From: Cyanophora paradoxa CCMP329
Lineage: Eukaryota > Plantae > Glaucophyta
Reading direction: 5' to 3'
Length of the DNA: 64,000 bases
NCBI GenBank assembly: GCA_004431415.1
Contig: QPMI01000533.1
Coordinates: forward strand, 186,001 to 250,000
In this document: one piece after another, positions 57,149 to 64,000 of the stretch
Layout of the letters: the number at the start of each line of letters is the position of its first letter
Position numbering within the stretch: position 1 is the stretch's first letter
The notes under the pieces: generated by a model
Told to the model about the DNA's origin: nothing
The model's database searches: none
The model's input: only the letters and a program-made list of their open reading frames with translations
Position numbers and translations under genes: made by a program

Positions 57149-60100
57149 ATGTCCTACATCTTGAAGAAGCCAGTGCCACTTCGTAAAGCTCCAGATCTCG
57201 TGGATAATCGGCATATAAATATTCGCGTATTTGGGAGTACTCTGATTGATTACAATGCTGACAAAGATATACACCAGACCGCGTATAATCGCCCAGCTGC
57301 GTTAATTCTGCGCAACTCACATGTTGGCGCCCCGAACATTGCACAGAGATTTTGTCTGGGTCCGGCTGAAAACTATGTTGCTGAAATAATTGGATCCAGG
57401 GCGTTGCCGCGGCACCTGCGCATCGCCTCCTCAGGCACAGTTTCCAGGTATGATTCTGGTAGATTAATATTTAGGCTTCAAAACGATCGAGGGATTCACA
57501 TATCAGCTCTACGTCTAATTGATGAATCCAATGATGTCACAAACAAAACTGCGGCCCAAATTACAGGGAGAATTCTCCTTGGTGAAGACGCAGGAATATC
57601 AGTGCTAGCATCACAAATTCAGCCGTTTCCCTGGGATTTACTATATACTGCTGCAAGAGAGACAAATATTTTGTACGGTTTCGATGTTAATCAAATCGAT
57701 ACCGAGCCAGCCACCAGGTTAGATATTCCTGGATGCACCTTTGGCTCTATCCTGATTGAGGCTGACAGGCACCTGCTTCCAGCGCTGCATGACAGCTACG
57801 ATCTAGGGCTCCGCACCAGGCAGTGGCGAAATATTCATGGAACAAATATTTATCAGGATGGTAAGAAGGTAAGCACTGAAGAGGAGGTGATCAACATTTT
57901 CAACTACTACTTTGGACCTATTGTCCCTATACCACCTATACCACCTCTTCCAGGGCTACCAAAGCCGCCAACCCCGGACGGACCAGGTCGAGAGCGAGTT
58001 GCTGATGAAACAGTTCCTTTCGGGCAAAATATTATTTCGTGGGAGGCTGTCAGGAATCGCCCAGTGATTGAACCCTATAAGCATCCACATGAAGAATACC
58101 TGCCGCCTGATATTGAAGTTTTCCCACTCGAAATGTATACAGAGCCTGAAGAGCAGTTACTTCCTGATGGCTTAGATGTTCAAGAACTTGAGTATGATCA
58201 GCCTGTGATTCCGCATGAGCAGCTGCTTCCAGATGGCTTTGATCCTATTTTCTTCCCCTTGGAGTTCACAGTGGACTGGGAATCTATTAACAACAAACCT
58301 GAGCATTTTCCACCGGAAGATCACAGACATAACTGGGATGAAATCGATAATAAACCGTTGCAATTTCCACCAGAAGATCATAGACACGACTGGGATGATA
58401 TCGATAATAAACCGCTTGAATTTCCACCAGAGGATCATAGACACGACTGGGGTGACCTTGATAATGTTCCGCTTGAATTTCCACCGGAAGATCACAGACA
58501 CATTTGGAGCGAAATAGATGAACAGCCCGAGTTCGCAAAGTCTGAGCTTCCTGTCACGCTGGCTGTCTCTCTCTACAAATCAATTAACACAGCTGAAAGG
58601 CTATATTTGAATGACCACTATGTCCACAGGCAGGGAATTCGTGCCAACACTGACATGTCAGGCTCTTTGTTTGTGAGGATTCCCCGTGGAATGGAGATTG
58701 TTGCTGCAGGTGGAAATATTGGTTTGCAGGACACGTTCCCAAGTATTTATGTCACAAACTACTACGCCTCTGACATCGAAATGACAACTGTTCTACCCCC
58801 TTTGCCTTCACTGCCGTTAGATCCTCTCGCTCATGCTGATTTTCATTCTGCAATCCAGATTAACGTAACAGATGTTAGCGATTTAGATTCATCAAGACCG
58901 AAATTGGTTTTTAGCCGAGAACGTCTTTTACCAGATGCTTTAATTGGCAACCGAGACGATTATAAAAAATGCGAAATAGCATGGATAAAAACGAACTATA
59001 ATGGTGGAGTTGGGGAGGGTGTTTTAGAGATTAATCAGAGGGCAGCAGCTAAAAACATTCACAACGAAAATATTTCAAGAGTTGTCACCGAAGATTACGT
59101 TACGGCTGTAATACTTGTTAATTTCGTTACTCTTGCTATGCTTGTAAATTATGTAACAAAACCGGAACTTGCAGATGAATTAAAAACATATCTACCACTT
59201 GTTGGTGGGACGATCACCGGAAACCTAAAAGTGAATGGAACTCTTACGATTGGCTCAGGTAATGAAAATATATTACAAGAGCAGATACTACAAAGTTTCT
59301 ATGAAATCACAGCAAATGATGACCCAGCATTAAGGATTCCAAATTGTCTTTTTGCTTGGAAAGCATCAGGTGTTCCCGGTTCATCAGCCAATGGTGTATT
59401 TCTATATAATAGATCACCAAACAACTCAATATTTCCATCACTTAGAACAAACTCATTTAATGCCCTTTACACTTTAAATCCGGAGATAAATAACCAAATA
59501 AGTATTACAGCAGCCACAGGAAGATTTTCTAACGCTTTTCAGAGTTGGAATAATAAAACTGTGGATTGGTCAGCAGGTTTTACATATTTTTACATTGGTA
59601 AATATTATTCAGCAAGCGTTTCTGATACTCATTTAACCTTCGAACGAACAGGAGTAAGAAAAACCGATTATGGTAATCTATCGGCTACATCAGTTGGAAT
59701 GGTTTCGTTTAGTATAAATTATGCTCAGCAAACAAAACCATCATTTACCGTTCCATCTTTAATAAATAATTGGTATTACATAGATCATACAATTACTTCG
59801 GACAGCTATACAGTTGGATTAAATGGCATTGATGTTGGAACTGTAACTAACACAAACAATTATTTACCTGATTCTATTGTTAATAGTTTCGGAATTTTAT
59901 CAGTTTATGGGAGTATGTGTGAATTGCTTGTTTTCAACAGAGCATTAACCATAGCAGAAAAACAACAAGTGAGGTATTATATTCAGCAGATGTATGGATT
60001 TCCTATTACTCAACCTCTCACAATTTACAGAGGATTAAAGATAACATCACCAGAAACAATAATCGATAATCTCAGAGTAACAACTAATGCAACTCTACCA

Positions 60101-62941
60101 CATCATCCTACATCGAATGTTGTTTTAAATTGGTTAGCAGACCAAACGCACACAAAAGCAGATATTACGGATTTCGCCCATACTCACACAAAAGATCAAA
60201 TAACAGATTTCGCCCATACTCACACAAAAGATCAAATAACAGATTTCGCACACACTCACACAAAAGATCAAATAACAGATTTTGCCCATACTCATTTATG
60301 GGAGCATATCACAAATCCTCCATTAACCTTTCCACCTGATTCACACACTCATGATTATTCCGAAATCACAAACTCTAACCACAAACACCCATGGAGCGAA
60401 ATAGATGAAAAACCACGTTTTGCATCAACAGGTGATTTAGTAAATGGTGACGGATTTTATGGGGTAAGTTTCTATCAGAGTGACACCATCCCTGAAAGAT
60501 TACAATTAAGTGAATACTATTTGCACCGAAAAGGAATTGAAGCAGGCACCACAATGGATGGCGAATTGTATATTAAACAACCAACAAGAACAACATTAGT
60601 AGCAGCAGGTGGTAATGCATTAATAGATACCAAACCGGGTATTTATCTAACAAGTTACTATAATGAAGACATTCCAGTTACAGGAGGTTTACCACCGCTA
60701 CCATCTGATCCAGCAACTTATGATGACAAAGACGCCATTTTACAAGTGAATGTAACAGATGTAAGCGCTACTGATGGTTCACGTCCAAAAATTATATTTA
60801 GTCGCTCGAAATTCAATTACGCACCGCTTGCGGGACAACCCACAGATGATCACGGGAAATGTGAGATGGCGTGGATTAAAACGACATCAGGTGGCGCCTT
60901 AGAAGTCAATCAGAGAATGGCGGCGAAAAACTTACACAATACAACCCTTTCGGGTGTCGTTACAGATGATTACCTAACCAATAAAGGATATCTTACAACC
61001 GCAGATTTAAGCAGTTATGTAACAGAAACTGAATTAACGACGGCGTTAAATCCTTACGCAACAGATGCAGAATTAACAACGGCTCTTGCGAATTATTTAC
61101 CTCTTACAGGTGGAACCGTCACCGGAACCGTTAACGCTACCACTTTACAAATTGGCGGAACCACAATACCGAAAGGTTACGAATTCGACCAATTAGATAC
61201 TGTTTCGACAGATAGAAGCGCTAATAATTGGACTGTAACATGGGGAGCGAGAACAGGGCAAACAGGGTGTTTTACTACACCAGCAAATGATGAAGATTGC
61301 AGCGGTTGTTTTATGCGTTGGATAGTTCCGACAGGTATGAAATCATTTTATATTCAACATTTACCGTGGAGTAGTGGGAGATATTTTGATATCTACGGTC
61401 AAACTCTAAATGGGTTTCAGCATTTCTTAAAACGAGTTAATAATTATCAAGCAATAGCAACTACCGGAATTCAAGATGGAACACATCCGGCTATTCTCTT
61501 TATTTCAATAAATTGTGAGTTTTACAAATATATTTATGTTCAAGGTCGAAAAGGTCGCATTCATCTTACGGGGGTTTTCGGTTGGAGTAGACAAAGAGCA
61601 ACGGATAATGAGGTTGGTATGATCTCTTGGGATAATATTTTTAGTAAACCATCATTTTATTCAGCCGCAGACCTTCCACAAACAGCGACATGGACAACGA
61701 ATACATGGTTATCATCAACGGACAGTGTTCCGCGAATTTGGTTTGGAAATGGTAATACGACATATATTCGAGGTTATGGAAATAGTGATGGTGTTTCGAT
61801 TGAATTTAGAGACTCAGCAGATGGAGCAATATTAAAGTCTTATAACAATGGTAACTTTTGGGTGAAAAACACTATTACAGCACCTACTATTAATGCTACA
61901 ACAAATCTTCAAATAAATGGTAATGATGTCCCAAAGTTTCACGCAGCAGATAAAACAGTAGGAGGTATTGAATTTAATAGATGTTCTTATGGCGATTGGG
62001 AGTGGGCATGGAGTTCAGCATGGGATCCATATTATAATTATGGTTCTTACGTTTATAGTAAAAACTCTGATGACCAAACTTCTACCGCTTGGATAGACTT
62101 CGATATTCCAGAAGGATATCACAAAGGAACAGCATTTTTAACTTATTTACCTTGGGTTAGCTCACGACTTTTTGAAATTTGGGGAGTGAATCGACAAGGA
62201 AATGAAGTTTTTATTACATCAGTGAATAGTTATCAACCATACGCCACATCGCCTGATGGTAACCACAGTGGTTTAAATAATGTTCCTATACATCTTGGTA
62301 ATCGATTTTTGACTATTCGTATTAGACCAAAGATTGGAAGAGTTCACATTATGGGTATAAGTTACATGAAAATTTGGGTAGGAAATAGTTATGGTGGTCA
62401 CACCGGCTATATTCATTGGAATAATGTTTATAGTAAACCAAATATATTAACAGGAGCATTGGATGTTTGGTTTAACTCTAATGATGGATATAATCGTATT
62501 TATTTCGCGAATAATAACACCACGTATATTAAAGGAAGGGGGGATTATCCAATTAGATTTCGAAATGAATTAGATTCTGATATTTGTTGGATCGATCATA
62601 ACGGGCGGATGTGGATAAACAATTATTTAACACAAGGAAGTGACAGAAGATACAAAACAGACATTAAAAAGATAACCGGCGCTCTTTCAGCAATAGAGAA
62701 ATTAGAAGGAGTGAGTTTTAAACGAATCGGAAGTGAAAAAGACGGAACGAAATTAGGATTAATTGCACAAGATGTTCAACATGTAATACCAGAAGTCGTT
62801 AATGTGAAAAAAGATGATGGCTACTTATCTCTCGAATACACGGGTTTAATTCCAGTTCTCATAGAAGCCGTTAAAGAATTGTCTAAGAAATGCAAGAGTC
62901 TACAAGATCAAATAGATCAATGGCGCAGCCAGGCTGCTTAA
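57149..62941 (+). CDS. 1930-aa virion fibre/receptor-binding protein with phage tail-fibre-like repeats, LamG-like domain and C-terminal peptidase S74 chaperone
   Basis: HxHxWxxIxxKP repeats, YLPLxGGTxTG motifs (x2), MCELLVFNRALT.AE (LamG/ConA-like), and SDRRYKTDI...GLIAQDV...LIEAVKEL (S74). Confidence 0.88.
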   Translation: MSYILKKPVPLRKAPDLVDNRHINIRVFGSTLIDYNADKDIHQTAYNRPAALILRNSHVGAPNIAQRFCLGPAENYVAEIIGSRALPRHLRIASSGTVSRYDSGRLIFRLQNDRGIHISALRLIDESNDVTNKTAAQITGRILLGEDAGISVLASQIQPFPWDLLYTAARETNILYGFDVNQIDTEPATRLDIPGCTFGSILIEADRHLLPALHDSYDLGLRTRQWRNIHGTNIYQDGKKVSTEEEVINIFNYYFGPIVPIPPIPPLPGLPKPPTPDGPGRERVADETVPFGQNIISWEAVRNRPVIEPYKHPHEEYLPPDIEVFPLEMYTEPEEQLLPDGLDVQELEYDQPVIPHEQLLPDGFDPIFFPLEFTVDWESINNKPEHFPPEDHRHNWDEIDNKPLQFPPEDHRHDWDDIDNKPLEFPPEDHRHDWGDLDNVPLEFPPEDHRHIWSEIDEQPEFAKSELPVTLAVSLYKSINTAERLYLNDHYVHRQGIRANTDMSGSLFVRIPRGMEIVAAGGNIGLQDTFPSIYVTNYYASDIEMTTVLPPLPSLPLDPLAHADFHSAIQINVTDVSDLDSSRPKLVFSRERLLPDALIGNRDDYKKCEIAWIKTNYNGGVGEGVLEINQRAAAKNIHNENISRVVTEDYVTAVILVNFVTLAMLVNYVTKPELADELKTYLPLVGGTITGNLKVNGTLTIGSGNENILQEQILQSFYEITANDDPALRIPNCLFAWKASGVPGSSANGVFLYNRSPNNSIFPSLRTNSFNALYTLNPEINNQISITAATGRFSNAFQSWNNKTVDWSAGFTYFYIGKYYSASVSDTHLTFERTGVRKTDYGNLSATSVGMVSFSINYAQQTKPSFTVPSLINNWYYIDHTITSDSYTVGLNGIDVGTVTNTNNYLPDSIVNSFGILSVYGSMCELLVFNRALTIAEKQQVRYYIQQMYGFPITQPLTIYRGLKITSPETIIDNLRVTTNATLPHHPTSNVVLNWLADQTHTKADITDFAHTHTKDQITDFAHTHTKDQITDFAHTHTKDQITDFAHTHLWEHITNPPLTFPPDSHTHDYSEITNSNHKHPWSEIDEKPRFASTGDLVNGDGFYGVSFYQSDTIPERLQLSEYYLHRKGIEAGTTMDGELYIKQPTRTTLVAAGGNALIDTKPGIYLTSYYNEDIPVTGGLPPLPSDPATYDDKDAILQVNVTDVSATDGSRPKIIFSRSKFNYAPLAGQPTDDHGKCEMAWIKTTSGGALEVNQRMAAKNLHNTTLSGVVTDDYLTNKGYLTTADLSSYVTETELTTALNPYATDAELTTALANYLPLTGGTVTGTVNATTLQIGGTTIPKGYEFDQLDTVSTDRSANNWTVTWGARTGQTGCFTTPANDEDCSGCFMRWIVPTGMKSFYIQHLPWSSGRYFDIYGQTLNGFQHFLKRVNNYQAIATTGIQDGTHPAILFISINCEFYKYIYVQGRKGRIHLTGVFGWSRQRATDNEVGMISWDNIFSKPSFYSAADLPQTATWTTNTWLSSTDSVPRIWFGNGNTTYIRGYGNSDGVSIEFRDSADGAILKSYNNGNFWVKNTITAPTINATTNLQINGNDVPKFHAADKTVGGIEFNRCSYGDWEWAWSSAWDPYYNYGSYVYSKNSDDQTSTAWIDFDIPEGYHKGTAFLTYLPWVSSRLFEIWGVNRQGNEVFITSVNSYQPYATSPDGNHSGLNNVPIHLGNRFLTIRIRPKIGRVHIMGISYMKIWVGNSYGGHTGYIHWNNVYSKPNILTGALDVWFNSNDGYNRIYFANNNTTYIKGRGDYPIRFRNELDSDICWIDHNGRMWINNYLTQGSDRRYKTDIKKITGALSAIEKLEGVSFKRIGSEKDGTKLGLIAQDVQHVIPEVVNVKKDDGYLSLEYTGLIPVLIEAVKELSKKCKSLQDQIDQWRSQAA
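58273..58528 (+). repeat. 57-bp (19-aa) coding tandem repeat, DWxxIDNKPLEFPPEDHRH x~4.5
   Basis: Read directly from the DNA and the translation. Confidence 0.95.
60146..60296 (+). repeat. 36-bp (12-aa) coding tandem repeat, HTHTKDQITDFA x~4
   Basis: Read directly from the DNA and the translation. Confidence 0.95.
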
Positions 62942-62972
62942 CTGCCGTAATAAAAATGTCACAGTATAATAA

Positions 62973-63281
62973 ATGGCGACCTATCCACTTGGTGGATCTC
63001 CTTCTACTACTTCTGAGCCTGTCGCTCTTGCTTTTGATACTATCAAACTTGTAGCCGCACTACAAACTGTGGAAAAAACAATCCAGCAAACTAACAAACT
63101 GTCCCCAGTTGTTCATGAATATAAAAACCTCTTGGTTAATGTCCTTGCGCAATCTGCGTATGGAGATCCTGTCAGCAAGTATAATGAGCTTGACTCCAGC
63201 CTGAAAAATATGATGTCGATACTTCAAAACCTGTCAGCTTCTTATCAAGCCCTGGGATCGAATATGATTACTCCGGCCTAA
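62973..63281 (+). CDS. Hypothetical helical viral protein
   Basis: 102-aa ORF with a TATAATAAATG leader, co-oriented with the fibre gene. Confidence 0.7.
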   Translation: MATYPLGGSPSTTSEPVALAFDTIKLVAALQTVEKTIQQTNKLSPVVHEYKNLLVNVLAQSAYGDPVSKYNELDSSLKNMMSILQNLSASYQALGSNMITPA

Positions 63282-63320
63282 TGTTGGCTGCAATCTTTTT
63301 TTTTCTTGCGTTTCTATTAA

Positions 63321-64000
63321 ATGACCGAGTACAATCGGGTCCAGCTACCAATCTACTCGCTGGGCTCCCCAGCCATCCATATGAGACAGCACGAAGTAAG
63401 CGATGCCGTTGCTGGATTTGAGTCCACTGAGCGTCCAAACTCAACTAATGCATTTGATCAGCGATCAGTTATTCGGTGTAAAGAATTGCGTGCAGATAAA
63501 AACTCTGGAGTTGTCAAAACGACTCGATTACTAGTTACAAATGCCAATTTCTCACAGCCCATAACAGGGGGAGTTGATTCATATAGTGTTGACCTTCGAA
63601 GCATAAACTATGATCAAAACACTGCTGCCCTCACTGTGCGCTCCGGAGGAGCAGCTATTACCGGAGCCTGCCGAGTAAGTGGAGGGCTATCATCATCAAT
63701 TTCCATCAATGATGTACCGGACTTTTCAGTAGAAAATGTCGAAAATCGTAAACGAGTTCGAATGTACGTACCTTGCTGTGACCTCCCCTATGCACAAGCA
63801 CTAGTAGAAGTTGAGATAACAATAGCTAATTCAAGTACACCAAATGGTCTTGATGGTGAGAGGTTGCTTTCAAACAGAGAAATCCCCAAGGCACTTCAAT
63901 CGCTCTGTCAAGATCAAAATGATCAAATAGGTCATGTTTACACGTTCTTTGTACAGGGTCTAGGACACGCAGGACGGGGATACGTAGTTCGTAATATCAA
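63321..64000 (+). CDS. Hypothetical viral protein, truncated by window end (absent from the ORF track)
   Basis: ATG at 63321 (CTATTAAATG) and an open frame to the end: MTEYNRVQLPIYSLGSP...ALTVRSGGAAITGACRVSG..., possibly structural. Confidence 0.75.
   Translation, partial: MTEYNRVQLPIYSLGSPAIHMRQHEVSDAVAGFESTERPNSTNAFDQRSVIRCKELRADKNSGVVKTTRLLVTNANFSQPITGGVDSYSVDLRSINYDQNTAALTVRSGGAAITGACRVSGGLSSSISINDVPDFSVENVENRKRVRMYVPCCDLPYAQALVEVEITIANSSTPNGLDGERLLSNREIPKALQSLCQDQNDQIGHVYTFFVQGLGHAGRGYVVRNI

Larger units (their letters stand above)
43791..64000. mobile_element. Endogenous Polinton/Maverick-like virus (PLV), right end outside window
   Basis: Abrupt loss of host GC/palindrome character and tightly packed intronless ORFs for pPolB, RVE integrase, A32-like ATPase, MCP and pentons. 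The left boundary is inferred at ccggcc|AGTGTTGTAT. Confidence 0.93.

Noticed and set aside
57125-57274. 50-aa N-terminal extension of patatin in the ORF track
   Set aside because: It overlaps the fibre gene antisense. The patatin fold starts at MKVILSL (57124) after an A-rich leader.
58273-60296. Fibre-gene repeats as CRISPR or DGR template/variable repeats
   Set aside because: They are in-frame coding repeats with mainly synonymous variation. No adenine-specific pattern and no reverse transcriptase are seen.
43791-64000. Prophage or bacterial contamination, suggested by the tail-fibre and patatin genes
   Set aside because: No terminase, portal or tail genes and no Shine-Dalgarno pattern. 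The pPolB + RVE + A32 ATPase + DJR capsid set is the eukaryotic Polinton/PLV signature.

Overview
The window has two very different halves. Bases 1 to ~43,790 are a GC-rich, intron-dense eukaryotic (protist/algal) nuclear chromosome. Most ORF-track entries there are GC-driven artefacts; the real genes are spliced. Recognisable host genes are the 3' end of a receiver-domain (hybrid histidine kinase-type) gene, two F-box proteins, organellar ribosomal protein S16, two large cell-surface proteins (Kelch/FN3-like and FN3-like type I membrane), an ABCG half-transporter with a Cys-rich N-terminus, and several hypothetical genes, plus small MITE-like elements. Host non-coding DNA is strikingly rich in short palindromes, and several introns appear to use GC donors. 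From ~43,791 to the window end lies an apparently near-intact, intronless, lower-GC endogenous Polinton/Maverick-like virus (PLV). It encodes a protein-primed PolB, an RVE integrase, a packaging ATPase, a double-jelly-roll major capsid protein and two penton-like genes (one split at a G5 run). It also encodes a patatin phospholipase fused to a putative carbohydrate-binding domain, placed head-to-head with a 1930-aa mosaic, phage-like fibre protein ending in a peptidase S74 chaperone. The right end of the element is outside the window. All calls are from reading motifs by eye; no database searches were run.
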